Shown here: piece after piece, positions 1 through 9,587 of the stretch
How the letters are laid out: every line of letters starts with the position of its first letter
Numbering within the stretch: position 1 is the first letter of the stretch
Assembly: GCA_036229005.1 (NCBI GenBank)
Contig: JAZAMN010000034.1
Coordinates: 1-64,000, forward strand
Direction: 5' to 3'
Length of the DNA: 64,000 nucleotides
From: Myxococcota bacterium
Lineage (GTDB): Bacteria > Myxococcota_A > UBA796 > CAJQPC01
Notes under the pieces: generated by a model
What the model was told of the DNA's origin: nothing
The model's input: the letters and a program-made list of their open reading frames with translations, nothing else
The model's database searches: none
Made by a program: the position numbers and the translations under genes

Positions 1-2
1 TT

Positions 3-203
3 TTTCCCTCCATCGACCTTGGACAGTCGGGCACCTTGCGGGACGATCTGCTCTTGCCCGCGGAAGAGCACGCCCGTCTTGCACAGATTCGCGGTGCCTT
101 GAAGGGCGACCCGGTGGAGGACATGCAGTGGTTTCTCCGAGAAGCAGGAACATGCTCCAGCAACGCGGAATTGCTTGACAAGCTTGCCAATTCGGAGCAT
201 TAG
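3..203 (+). CDS. rho: Transcription termination factor Rho, C-terminal fragment (partial, divergent)
   Basis: Not in the ORF track. Translates FPSIDLGQSGTLRDDLLLPAEEHARLAQIR...SNAELLDKL*, matching the Rho C-terminus (FPAID..RSGTRKEELL). Lies directly upstream of rpmE-prfA-prmC, a conserved order. Confidence 0.8.
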   Translation, partial: FPSIDLGQSGTLRDDLLLPAEEHARLAQIRGALKGDPVEDMQWFLREAGTCSSNAELLDKLANSEH

Positions 204-246
204 GGGCCCCTTGCGGCGGGGTTCCATCCCCGCGACTGGAGTTGTC

Positions 247-459
247 ATGCAGCCGGATATCCATCCTGAGTTCTTGTCCTGCAAAGTTTCCTGCGTGTGC
301 GGAAACGAGTTCGAGACCCTCTCCAGCCAGGCCGAGCTTCGCATTGACATCTGCAATGCCTGCCATCCCTTCTTCACCGGTAAGCAGAAGCTGATGGATA
401 CGGAAGGCCGCGTGGATCGCTTCCTTAAGAAGTACGGCATGCAAGGCGCCGAATCCTGA
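247..459 (+). CDS. rpmE: 50S ribosomal protein L31, zinc-binding type
   Basis: [33 protein letters not shown]; all four Zn-binding Cys present. Confidence 0.97.
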   Translation: MQPDIHPEFLSCKVSCVCGNEFETLSSQAELRIDICNACHPFFTGKQKLMDTEGRVDRFLKKYGMQGAES

Positions 460-481
460 TCCCCCGAGGCGTCATTCGGCC

Positions 482-1558
482 ATGATAGAGCGCCTGAAAG
501 ACGTCGCAGTTCGATTGAATGAGCTGAATGAGCTCTTGATGGATCCGGCTGTTTCGTCGGACCGCAATCGCATGCGGGACCTTTCCAAGGAGCATGCCGA
601 GTTGGCTCCCATCGTGGAGGGCTACCAGCGCCACACGGAGCTCTCCGAACAACTGGTCGGTGCCCTCGAAATGATGGAGGACCCGGAGTTGAAGGACATG
701 GCCCTGGAGGAAAAGTCCTCCCTGGAGGCGGCCCTGGCCGAGATGGAGGAGGAGTTGAAGCTCCTCCTGTTGCCCAAGGACCCCTACGAGGGCCGGAACA
801 TCCTGTTGGAGATTCGGGCGGGCACCGGCGGGGACGAGGCCGCCTTGTTCGCCGGCGATCTGTACCGGATGTACAACCGGTACGCCCAGTCCAAGGGCTG
901 GAAGCTGGAGGTGCTCTCCTACAGCGAAATCTCCGCCGGGGGCAACGCCTCTGGCTACAAGGAGATCATCTGCCAGATTCGCAGTGATGGGGTCTACAGC
1001 CACCTGAAGTACGAGTCAGGGGTCCACCGGGTCCAGCGGGTGCCCGTCACCGAAACTCAGGGGCGCATCCACACCTCAGCTGCCACGGTGGCCATTCTGC
1101 CGGAACCCGACGAGGTGGAGGTGAACATCCGGGACCAGGATCTGCGCATCGATGTGTTTCGCGCCAGCGGCCCCGGGGGACAGTCCGTCAACACCACGGA
1201 CTCCGCTGTGCGAATCACCCACGAGCCTTCCGGACTGGTGGTGATCTGCCAGGACGAGAAGTCCCAGCACAAGAACAAGGCCAAGGCCCTCAAGGTCCTG
1301 GGCGCGCGCCTCTTCGAGATGCAGGAGCGCGAGCGGCAGCAGGCCGAGGCCGCCGAGCGCCGCAGCCAGGTCGGCTCTGGAGACCGCAGCGAGCGCATCC
1401 GGACCTACAACTACCCCCAGAACCGCGTCACCGATCACCGCATCAACCTGACCCTCTACAAGCTGGACAAGGTCATGGAGGGCGAGCTCGACGACCTGGT
1501 CACCGGCCTCACAGCCGACGAGCAGGCCCGCCTGATCGAAGAGGCCGAGGGGAACTGA
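482..1558 (+). CDS. prfA: Peptide chain release factor 1
   Basis: GPGGQSVN (GGQ), PVT specificity tripeptide, [11 protein letters not shown]. Confidence 0.98.
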   Translation: MIERLKDVAVRLNELNELLMDPAVSSDRNRMRDLSKEHAELAPIVEGYQRHTELSEQLVGALEMMEDPELKDMALEEKSSLEAALAEMEEELKLLLLPKDPYEGRNILLEIRAGTGGDEAALFAGDLYRMYNRYAQSKGWKLEVLSYSEISAGGNASGYKEIICQIRSDGVYSHLKYESGVHRVQRVPVTETQGRIHTSAATVAILPEPDEVEVNIRDQDLRIDVFRASGPGGQSVNTTDSAVRITHEPSGLVVICQDEKSQHKNKAKALKVLGARLFEMQERERQQAEAAERRSQVGSGDRSERIRTYNYPQNRVTDHRINLTLYKLDKVMEGELDDLVTGLTADEQARLIEEAEGN

Positions 1559-1561
1559 GCC

Positions 1562-2416
1562 TTGCTCACCCTGCTGGACGTCCTCAACCGCACCAAGGCC
1601 TTCTTCACCGAGAGGGGCATCGAGCGGGCGCACTTCGAGGCCGAGCTGATCCTGGCCCACGCCCTCAAGACGGACCGGCTGCAGCTCTTCCTGCGCTTTG
1701 ACCAGCCCATGCAGCCCACCGAGCTCGAGGCCGTCCGGGAGTTGGTCCGTCGGCGCGCTGGGGGCGAACCCTACGCCTACATCGTCGGGATCCAGGAGTT
1801 CTGGTCGATGGACTTTGCGGTGGGCCCGGGCGTGTTGATCCCCCGCCCGGACACCGAGACCCTGGTCCAGGCCGTACTGGACTCTGTCCCCATCGGCGAG
1901 GACACCGAGTCCGCGACCGACCTCTACATCGCGGACATCTGCGCGGGCAGCGGCTGCGTGGGCATCGCCATCGCCAGCGAGCGCCCCCAGGTCAAGGTCT
2001 ACGCCACCGAGCTTTCCGAGCAGGCCCTGCCCTACCTCAAGCAGAACATCGCGGCCCACGGCATGGACAAGCGCGTGGCCGCCCTCCAGGGCGACCTGAT
2101 GGCCCCCATTCCGGCCTCCCGGCCCGTGGACTGGGTGGTCTCCAACCCGCCCTACATCGCCACGGCCGAGATGCAGCAGCTCGCCGTCTCCAAGACCGAG
2201 CCGCACCTGGCGCTGGACGGCGGCCCGGATGGCCTGGTGGTGTACCGCCGCCTGATCGAGCAGGCCGCGCAGCGGGCGCGGGTCGGCATCGCCCTGGAGA
2301 TCGGACACGACCAGGGCGCCAGTGTGTCCTCGCTGGTGGAGGCCGCAGGCTTTCAGGGTGTGCGGGTGATCCAGGACCTGGGGGGTAGGGACCGGGTGGT
2401 GTTGGGCACCCGATAG
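1562..2416 (+). CDS. prmC: Release factor glutamine methyltransferase
   Basis: LIPRPDTE, DICAGSG, NPPY, ALDGGPDGL; follows prfA; TTG start. Confidence 0.95.
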   Translation: MLTLLDVLNRTKAFFTERGIERAHFEAELILAHALKTDRLQLFLRFDQPMQPTELEAVRELVRRRAGGEPYAYIVGIQEFWSMDFAVGPGVLIPRPDTETLVQAVLDSVPIGEDTESATDLYIADICAGSGCVGIAIASERPQVKVYATELSEQALPYLKQNIAAHGMDKRVAALQGDLMAPIPASRPVDWVVSNPPYIATAEMQQLAVSKTEPHLALDGGPDGLVVYRRLIEQAAQRARVGIALEIGHDQGASVSSLVEAAGFQGVRVIQDLGGRDRVVLGTR

Positions 2417-2437
2417 CCCACCTCCTCCCCTGCGAAC

Positions 2438-3193
2438 TCAGCCGCGCGCAAGCTGAGCCCTCGCCGCCCGGCGGGCCTTGGCCAGGTGCTCGTCGATCTC
2501 GCTGGCGGCCTGGAGTTGGTCCCGGATCTCCCGGGCCTGGCCATCCAGCAAGGGGCGCTCGGAGCCGCTCTTGGAGAGATCCAGGCGCAGCGCCTCGACG
2601 CGGTGCTCCAGGGTGCGCAGCTCGGCCTCGAGGCGCCGGACCACAGACTGCGCGCCCTGATGCGACGCCAAGCGGTCCCGGAGCGCGTTGAGCTCCAGCT
2701 CGTGGCTCTCCCGCTCCACCTCCGTCTGGGCGGCCTGCAAGCGCGCCAGCGCCTCCTGCTCCTGGGCCGCCAAGGTGCTCCCCCGCGACAGGCCCGCCTG
2801 CAGCTCCGAGAGCCTATCCCCCAGCGACCGCACCATCCCGCCCAGAGCGACAAAGTCCGGGCGCCCGCCCCGCTCGGTGCCCCAGGCCGCCTCAAGCGCG
2901 CGCAGCCCCGCCTGGACCTTCGCCGCGAGGGCGTTGCTGGAGACGGGCTCAGCCGCGGGAGGGAGCGCCTGCTCGGGGGCCGCCTTGGCTGCCTTGGCCG
3001 CCTTGATGGCGAAGCGCAGGTGCGTGCCCAGCGCGACACCCCAGACGGCCCCGAGGCCCATCATGCCCGGCCCGGGTGCATCCCCCGCGAGCGCGTACCG
3101 GAGCCCGAACGCGGCGGCCAGACCGACCGCCAGACCGCCATGCATCGCCAAAGAAGCCCAAGCCGCCGCTGCTCCCTCAAGCTTCCTCGCCAC
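2438..3193 (-). CDS. Hypothetical membrane protein with C-terminal coiled coil
   Basis: Two N-terminal hydrophobic segments followed by an E/R/L/A-rich helical region; fills the gap between prmC and the radical SAM gene. Confidence 0.65.
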   Translation of the reverse strand: MARKLEGAAAAWASLAMHGGLAVGLAAAFGLRYALAGDAPGPGMMGLGAVWGVALGTHLRFAIKAAKAAKAAPEQALPPAAEPVSSNALAAKVQAGLRALEAAWGTERGGRPDFVALGGMVRSLGDRLSELQAGLSRGSTLAAQEQEALARLQAAQTEVERESHELELNALRDRLASHQGAQSVVRRLEAELRTLEHRVEALRLDLSKSGSERPLLDGQAREIRDQLQAASEIDEHLAKARRAARAQLARG

Positions 3194-3266
3194 GTCACAA
3201 CCCTCCGGGATTCACTTCCACAGAGCCCTCGTAGCGTCCTGCCATGGGGGCTCCATCAGAGAAGCT

Positions 3267-4757
3267 TCACACGGTGGCGATCTTGCCCAGCCCGACCTCG
3301 GGGATGCGCTTGAGCACGGTGCTCTTGACGATCTCGGAGAGCACCGTGGCCCCGCCCAGCATCTCCATGAGTTCCTCGCGGCCCTCGGCCCGGCTCCACT
3401 TGCGGCGGATCAGGTCGGGCCGCATGTAGAACTTGAGGTAGGCCTTGGTGCGGTAGGCGCGGAGCTGCTCGGCGGTGAAGGTCTCGGTCTCAAGCTGGGG
3501 GAGCTGGCCGCCGCCGTTGACGGTGTACTCGCGCCAGAAGTCGCCGTCGACGTAGCCGCGCTCCTTGGAGACGGTGTACAGGTCGGTGCCCGGCAGCGCG
3601 GTCGCCACTGAGAAGCTGGCCCAGTCCAGGCCCAGGCTGGCGGCGAAGTTGATGGTCTCCTCGACGTCCTCCGGGGTGGCGTCGTAGTAGCCGATCATGA
3701 AGTAGCCGCGGGTCTCGATGCCCTCTTCCCGGGCGATGCGGAAGGCCCGGCGGGTCTGCTCGCGGGTGATCTGCTTGTTCATGATCTTGAGCAAGCGGTC
3801 GGTGCCGGCCTCGACGCCCATGTGGATTGAGCGCAGGCCGGCGGCCTTGAGGGCGCGCAGGACCTCGCGGTCGACGGTGTCCACGCGGGCGCGGATGTTG
3901 AACTTGACCGTGAGCCCGCGCTCCTGGACGAGCTGCGAGAACTTGCGCATGCGGCGCTTGCCGATGGTGAAGGTCTCGTCGAAGAACACGATCTCGCGGA
4001 CGCCGTGCTCCTTCTCCAGGTACTCCATCTCGTCGACCACCAGCTTGGGGTCGCGGAAGCGCAGCTTCTCGGAGTAGACCTGCGAGCAGTAGCCGCAGTG
4101 CCAGGGGCAGCCGCGGGTGGTCACCATCGTGGCGAAGGGCTTGAGCAGGGTCAGGCAGTGGTAGTCGGTCATGTCGACCAGATCCCAGGCCGGCATCGGG
4201 TAGATGTCGATGCTCTTGGCGAGCTCCCGCGCGGGGCCCTCCTCCAGGCGACCGTCCGGGTGACGGAACACGGTCCCAGCGACGCCGTTCACGGGCTTCC
4301 CAGCCTCGACGCGCTCGCAGATCTCCAGGAAGGTGTCCTCGCCATCGCCCACCACGGCCACGTCAAAGCACTCCCAGCTCAGGGACTCCTTGGCGTAGAG
4401 GGTCAGGTGGGGACCGCCGACGACGATCAGGGCGTCGGGGTTCTGCTCCCGCACCATCTGCGCGATCTCGATGACCGCGGGCCAGCCCAGGGTCTTGGCG
4501 GTGAGCGCGACGACGTCCGCGTCAAAGTCGCGGACCGCTGCCTCGGCCTCGTGGGTGAGCAGGTTCGCCGCGTGCAGGTCCAGGTAGCCGATGTCCACAA
4601 AGCCGTTGTGGCGCACCCAAGCGGCGAGCTGCAGCAGCGGGATCGACGGGAAGATCCCCAGCTTCTCCGCAGCCTTCTTGGACAGAGGCTGCTGGTCGGC
4701 GGCCTCGTGGTACTTGATGAACTGGATGCGGGTGTTCTTGGACATCGTCTGGGACAT
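3267..4757 (-). CDS. Cobalamin-binding radical SAM protein
   Basis: N-terminal B12-binding domain (VVGGPH, VVGDGE), TRGCPWHCGYC CxxxCxxC motif, FFDETF, GVEAG. Confidence 0.9.
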   Translation of the reverse strand: MSQTMSKNTRIQFIKYHEAADQQPLSKKAAEKLGIFPSIPLLQLAAWVRHNGFVDIGYLDLHAANLLTHEAEAAVRDFDADVVALTAKTLGWPAVIEIAQMVREQNPDALIVVGGPHLTLYAKESLSWECFDVAVVGDGEDTFLEICERVEAGKPVNGVAGTVFRHPDGRLEEGPARELAKSIDIYPMPAWDLVDMTDYHCLTLLKPFATMVTTRGCPWHCGYCSQVYSEKLRFRDPKLVVDEMEYLEKEHGVREIVFFDETFTIGKRRMRKFSQLVQERGLTVKFNIRARVDTVDREVLRALKAAGLRSIHMGVEAGTDRLLKIMNKQITREQTRRAFRIAREEGIETRGYFMIGYYDATPEDVEETINFAASLGLDWASFSVATALPGTDLYTVSKERGYVDGDFWREYTVNGGGQLPQLETETFTAEQLRAYRTKAYLKFYMRPDLIRRKWSRAEGREELMEMLGGATVLSEIVKSTVLKRIPEVGLGKIATV

Positions 4758-4871
4758 GGGCAAGCTCGCTGGTCGGCCCCCAAAGAGGAGGCGTCCACCA
4801 TTTTAGCTCCCGGATCCTCCAGATTGCAGGCCAAAGTCCTCGCCGCAAGCGAGGTCACCCTGTCGCGGGGC

Positions 4872-5897
4872 TCAGCGGCGCCGCTGGATCTCCTCGACCA
4901 GGTCCACCCGCTCGCGGTGCCCGTCGTACAGGTGGCAGGCCACGACGTGGTCCTCCCCCACCGCGTGGGCCTCCGGGACCTCCCGCTTGCAGCGCTCATC
5001 GGCCAGCGGGCAGCGCGTGTGGAAGCGGCAGCCCGAGGGCGGGTTGATGGGGCTGGGGACGTCGCCTTCCAGGATGATGCGCTCGCGCTTGCGGTGCACA
5101 TCGGTGCGCGGGACGGCGGAGAGCAGGGCCTGGGTGTAGGGGTGCCAGGCGCCGTGGAACATGGCCTTGCGGCTGGCCTTCTCCACCATCTTGCCCAAGT
5201 ACATGACCACCACGTGGTCGGCGATGTGGCGCACCACAGACAGGTCGTGGGTGATGAAGAGGTAGCTGAGGTCCAACTCGTCCTTGAGGTCCAGCAGCAG
5301 GTTGATGACCTGGGCCTGGACGGACACGTCAAGCGCGGACACCGCCTCATCGCAGACGATGAAGTCCGGGTTCAGAGCCACGGCTCGGGCGATGCCGATG
5401 CGCTGGCGCTGACCGCCGGAGAACTCGTGCGGGTAGCGCGAGGTGTAGCTGGGCTGCAGCCCCACCTTCTCCAGCAGCTCCTTGGAGCGGTCCTCGGCGT
5501 CCCGCCGGGTCTCGACGATGCCGTGCAGGAGCAGGGGCGTGCCGATGATCTGGCCGATGGTCTGCCGGGGGTTCAGGCTGCTGTAGGGGTCCTGGAAGAT
5601 GATCTGCATGTAGCGCCGCAGGGCGCGCAGCTCGTCCGGCGGGAGCTTGGTGACGTCCTGCCCGCGGAAGAGGATCTCGCCGTCGTTGGGCTCGATGAGC
5701 CGCAGGATGGAGCGCCCGGCCGTGGTCTTTCCACAGCCCGACTCCCCCACCATCGCGACGGTGGAGGCCCGGGGCACGTCGAAGGTGATGCCATCCACGG
5801 CTTTGACGCTGCCCACCTGCCGGCGGAAGATGCCCTTGAAGACCGGGAAGTGCTTGACCAGGTTCTTGACCTGCAGCACGGGCTCACGCTGGCTCAT
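4872..5897 (-). CDS. Oligopeptide/dipeptide ABC transporter ATPase (OppF/DppF)
   Basis: [26 protein letters not shown]-terminal GCRFHTRCP. Confidence 0.95.
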   Translation of the reverse strand: MSQREPVLQVKNLVKHFPVFKGIFRRQVGSVKAVDGITFDVPRASTVAMVGESGCGKTTAGRSILRLIEPNDGEILFRGQDVTKLPPDELRALRRYMQIIFQDPYSSLNPRQTIGQIIGTPLLLHGIVETRRDAEDRSKELLEKVGLQPSYTSRYPHEFSGGQRQRIGIARAVALNPDFIVCDEAVSALDVSVQAQVINLLLDLKDELDLSYLFITHDLSVVRHIADHVVVMYLGKMVEKASRKAMFHGAWHPYTQALLSAVPRTDVHRKRERIILEGDVPSPINPPSGCRFHTRCPLADERCKREVPEAHAVGEDHVVACHLYDGHRERVDLVEEIQRRR

Positions 5898-6892
5898 GCG
5901 CCCTCCTCCCGGAGCGCCGCGCGCTCCTCGTCCGTCAGGGGGTGCCAACACCAGGCCTTGTGGCCCGGGCCCACCTCGATCAGCGGCGGCTTCTCGGAGC
6001 ACTGCTCGCTGGCCTTGGGGCAGCGGGAGCGGAAGCGGCAGCCGGAGGGGAAGTCCAGGGGGCTGGGGACCATGCCGTCGATGGTGTACAGCCGCGCCCC
6101 GGGCTGGGCCCGGTCCGGCAGGGACTGCAGCAGACCCGCCGTGTAGGGGTGCGTGGGGGTCTCGAACAGGGACGCCGTGCTGGCGGTCTCGGCCACGCGC
6201 CCCGCGTAGAGCACCACGACGCTGTCGCAGGTCTCCGCCACCACGCCCAGGTCGTGGGTGATGAGCATGATGGCCATCTGCCGCTCGACCTGCATCTCCT
6301 TGAGGAGCTCCAGGATCTGGGCCTGGATGGTCACGTCCAGCGCGGTGGTGGGCTCATCCGCGATCAGCAGGTCGGGCTGGCAGGCCAGCGCCATCGCGAT
6401 CATCACGCGCTGCTTCATGCCGCCGGACATCTGGTGCGGGTACTCGTCGATGCGGGTCTCGGGGGCCGGGATGCCCACCGCCTCCAGCATGTTCAGAGCG
6501 ATGTCCCAGGCTTGGTCCTCGCTGACATCCTGGTGCAACAAGATGGCCTCGGTGATCTGATCCCCGACGGTGAAGACCGGGTTCAGCGAGGTCATCGGCT
6601 CCTGGAAGATCACGGAGATCTCGTTGCCGCGGATGCGTTGGAGCTGCTTGGGCGTCATCGCCGCGAGGTCCTGACCCTTGAAGCGGATCTGTCCCCCCAC
6701 GATCTTGCCCGGGGGCTGCGGGATGAGCTGCAGGATGCTCATGGCGGTCACGGACTTGCCGCAGCCCGACTCACCCACCACGCCCAGCGTCTTGCCAGCG
6801 TCGATTTCAAAGCTCACGCCATCCACCGAGGGCAGGGTGCCCGCGTCGGTGAAGAACCAGGTCTGGAGCTCGTCGACCTCGAGAAGGGCCAT
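5894..6892 (-). CDS. Oligopeptide/dipeptide ABC transporter ATPase (OppD/DppD)
   Basis: [34 protein letters not shown]. Confidence 0.95.
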   Translation of the reverse strand: MALLEVDELQTWFFTDAGTLPSVDGVSFEIDAGKTLGVVGESGCGKSVTAMSILQLIPQPPGKIVGGQIRFKGQDLAAMTPKQLQRIRGNEISVIFQEPMTSLNPVFTVGDQITEAILLHQDVSEDQAWDIALNMLEAVGIPAPETRIDEYPHQMSGGMKQRVMIAMALACQPDLLIADEPTTALDVTIQAQILELLKEMQVERQMAIMLITHDLGVVAETCDSVVVLYAGRVAETASTASLFETPTHPYTAGLLQSLPDRAQPGARLYTIDGMVPSPLDFPSGCRFRSRCPKASEQCSEKPPLIEVGPGHKAWCWHPLTDEERAALREEGA

Positions 6893-6895
6893 CCG

Positions 6896-8128
6896 CTACT
6901 TCCTCAGCTTGGGGTCCAGGGCGTCACGCACGCCCTCGCCGACCAGGTTCAGCAGGCTCACCGTCACAAAGATGGCGAAGCCGGGGGCCAGGATGTGGGT
7001 CCAAACGCCCGTGGTCCGGCCCGTGTTCAGGATCTGCCCCCAGCTCGGGACGGTGATGTCGCCCAGGCCCAGGAAGCTCATGGTCGACTCGACCAGGATG
7101 GCGCTCGCGACACCGAAGGTGGCGGAGACCAGCACCGGGCCGATGGCGTTGGGCAGGATCTCGCGGAAGATGATGTGCCGGGTGTTGTACCCAGCGGCCT
7201 CCGCGGCGGCGACAAAGTCCAGCTTGCGTAGCCGCAGGAACTCCGCGCGCACCAGCCGGGCCGGGCCCGTCCAGCGCACCACCGCGATGATGAACATGAT
7301 GTGGAAGATGGAGCGGTCTTCGATGAAGGCCGCCATCGTCAGGATCAGGAAGAGCGAGGGGATGCAGATCACCACCTCGATCAGCCGCTGGATCGCCGAG
7401 TCCACCCGCCCGCCGTAGAAGCCGGCGATGGACCCGATGACGATGCCGATGGTCACGTAGATGGCCACGGCGAACACGCCGATGGTCAGCGAGATCCGGG
7501 TGCCGAAGAGCAGCCGGGTCATCACATCACGGCCCGCGGAGTCGGTGCCCAGCGGGTGGCTCAGGGAGTTGCCCAGCCGGGACTCGCGCACGTTGGTGTC
7601 GCGGAAGCTGTAGGGCAGCAGCGGGTACACCGCGCTGACCTCGGTCCCCTCGTCCAGGAGCTTCTGCTCCATGCGGGGGTAGACCGTCTTCTCGGCCTGG
7701 GTCGGGAAGGCGCTCACGCCGCCGAACACCACCAGCACCAGGGCCAGCGCCATCAGCAGCCCGTTGCGCCGCTTGGTCTTCTTGTCGGTGGCCGAGAGCT
7801 GGGTGGTCTTCTTGAAGAGGAAGAGCACACCGGGGATCAGCAGGGGGCTGGTCACCATCAGCACGTTGAAGAAGATGTCGACCGCGTTCTCGTAGAAGTT
7901 GCGGTCGAAGAGGCTGGCCAGCCAGGGGAAGGTGGTCTCCCCCGCGACGGTCCAGATGAAGGGCTTGTTGCTCGCGAGCACGGGCGCGTAGATCGCGAAG
8001 AACACCAGCCCGAGCAGGGCGTACATGCTCGCCATCGCGACCTTGCGCTTGCGGAACTGACCCCAGACGATCTCGCCGTAGGTGGGGTCCTCTGCGCGCT
8101 GCACGGCGTCTTCTTGGGGACTAGTCAA
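6896..8128 (-). CDS. Peptide ABC transporter permease (OppC-like)
   Basis: HPLGTDSAGRD, GTRISL, EAA-loop equivalent, DALDPK C-terminus. Confidence 0.93.
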   Translation of the reverse strand: MTSPQEDAVQRAEDPTYGEIVWGQFRKRKVAMASMYALLGLVFFAIYAPVLASNKPFIWTVAGETTFPWLASLFDRNFYENAVDIFFNVLMVTSPLLIPGVLFLFKKTTQLSATDKKTKRRNGLLMALALVLVVFGGVSAFPTQAEKTVYPRMEQKLLDEGTEVSAVYPLLPYSFRDTNVRESRLGNSLSHPLGTDSAGRDVMTRLLFGTRISLTIGVFAVAIYVTIGIVIGSIAGFYGGRVDSAIQRLIEVVICIPSLFLILTMAAFIEDRSIFHIMFIIAVVRWTGPARLVRAEFLRLRKLDFVAAAEAAGYNTRHIIFREILPNAIGPVLVSATFGVASAILVESTMSFLGLGDITVPSWGQILNTGRTTGVWTHILAPGFAIFVTVSLLNLVGEGVRDALDPKLRK

Positions 8129-9551
8129 AGCTGATCCTCGGGTCGACGAGTGCGTAGGAGAGATCGGAGAGCAGGATGCCCATCAGCGCCAGGGAGCTGG
8201 ACGCCAACAGGATGGCCATGACCGCGTTGTAGTCGCGCAGGTTGATGGACGAGTAGAGGAACTGCCCCATCCCGGGGATGTTGAAGATGACCTCGATGAC
8301 CACCGAGCCAGCGACCAGTGTGGGCAGCAGGCCGCCCAAGAGGGTGAGCACCGGGATCATGCCGTTCCGCACAGCGTGCTTGAGGATGACAACCGGCTCG
8401 GAGAGCCCCTTGGCGCGCGCGGTCCGGATGTAGTCGGCGCGGATGACGTCGATGACGCCGGTGCGGGCGTAGCGGGACAGGGCCGCCAGGGCGGTCGAGG
8501 TGTAGGTCCCGATGGGCAGCACCAGGTGCCAGAGGATGTCCTTGGTGGTCTCCCAGGTGGTCATGGGCCCCGCGTCCATCGAGCGGAAGTCGCCGGTCGG
8601 GAACCAGGCCACCGGGGTCCCCTCGCTCAAGAGCTTGAGCAGCACCGTGCCCGTGAAGAAGGTGGGCAGGGAGTAGAGGATGAAGAGGATCACGGTGATC
8701 ACGGAGTCGACGGGCTTACCCTGCTTCACCGCGGAGAAGATGCCCGTCGGGACAGCGATCAGGTAGGCGAGGAGCACCGCGGTCGTGGTCAGGCTCAGGG
8801 AGTACTTGAGCTTGCCCAGCACGGTGTCCAGCACCGGCTTGCGGTCCACGGTGGACACGCCGAAGTCCAGGTGCAGCAGGTTGTCCCAGTACTTGGCGAA
8901 GCGCGTGTCGAAGAAGGTGATGTCCAGCTTCTCAACGAAGCTGTAGGTGAAGCGCTCCTGGTTGTCCGCGTACCACTGCTTCCAGCTCTCGTGGACGGCC
9001 TGCTTCTGCTCCGCCGAGGCGTCCTCGGTGTAGGTCCAGGGCTTGATGAGGTCGTTGCGCTTGCCGATCTCACGGTTCTGCGCGCGGGCCTCCAGAGGGT
9101 CCCCTCGCCGCTCGTTGACGAAGCGCTCCTGACCGGCGGAGCTCAGGTGCATGGCCGCCAGGCGCTGGATCTCGGGGTCCTGGTCATCCAGCAGGACGAC
9201 CAGGTGGCTCACCAGGTACTCGCCGTAGTCATCGAGCTTGTCGGAGTTCTCGATGCGGTCCTTGGCCAGCTCGTCGCCGTCCAGGTTGTAGGCCACAGCG
9301 AGCATCTCGCGGACCTCGTCTGTGCCCAGGTTGTAGCGCGTGTTGAGCAGGATCGGCCGGTCGAGGTTGAACTGCTCCTTGAAGATGCGGTAGCTCTCCT
9401 TCTGCTCCTGGCCGGTGGTGCTCTCGCCCTGCCCCTGGTTCTGGGCGCCGGGCTTGCCGGGGGCCACGTTCAGGACCAGGAAGATGATCAGCGAGATCGC
9501 GAAGAATGTGGGGATGGCCAGGAGCAGCCGCTTGATCGTGTACTGGATCAC
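8121..9551 (-). CDS. Peptide ABC transporter permease (OppB-like) with a large extracytoplasmic insertion
   Basis: YTIKRLL, DFGVS, DYIRTARAKGL, YALVDPRI. Confidence 0.93.
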   Translation of the reverse strand: MIQYTIKRLLLAIPTFFAISLIIFLVLNVAPGKPGAQNQGQGESTTGQEQKESYRIFKEQFNLDRPILLNTRYNLGTDEVREMLAVAYNLDGDELAKDRIENSDKLDDYGEYLVSHLVVLLDDQDPEIQRLAAMHLSSAGQERFVNERRGDPLEARAQNREIGKRNDLIKPWTYTEDASAEQKQAVHESWKQWYADNQERFTYSFVEKLDITFFDTRFAKYWDNLLHLDFGVSTVDRKPVLDTVLGKLKYSLSLTTTAVLLAYLIAVPTGIFSAVKQGKPVDSVITVILFILYSLPTFFTGTVLLKLLSEGTPVAWFPTGDFRSMDAGPMTTWETTKDILWHLVLPIGTYTSTALAALSRYARTGVIDVIRADYIRTARAKGLSEPVVILKHAVRNGMIPVLTLLGGLLPTLVAGSVVIEVIFNIPGMGQFLYSSINLRDYNAVMAILLASSSLALMGILLSDLSYALVDPRISFD

Positions 9552-9587
9552 GCGGTCACCCCCTGCCGGTCGCGGGGGGCACTCATC

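Noticed and set aside
175..233. TTGACA at 175-180 and a GCGGGG/CCCCGC hairpin at 216-233 as an rpmE promoter or leader
   Set aside because: No convincing -10 at the correct spacing, and the 6-bp GC stem is weak evidence.
482..1558. Recoding or an alternative genetic code suggested by the release factor locus
   Set aside because: RF1 has normal PxT and GGQ motifs; TAG and TGA end genes at the expected family lengths, with no in-frame stops in conserved genes.
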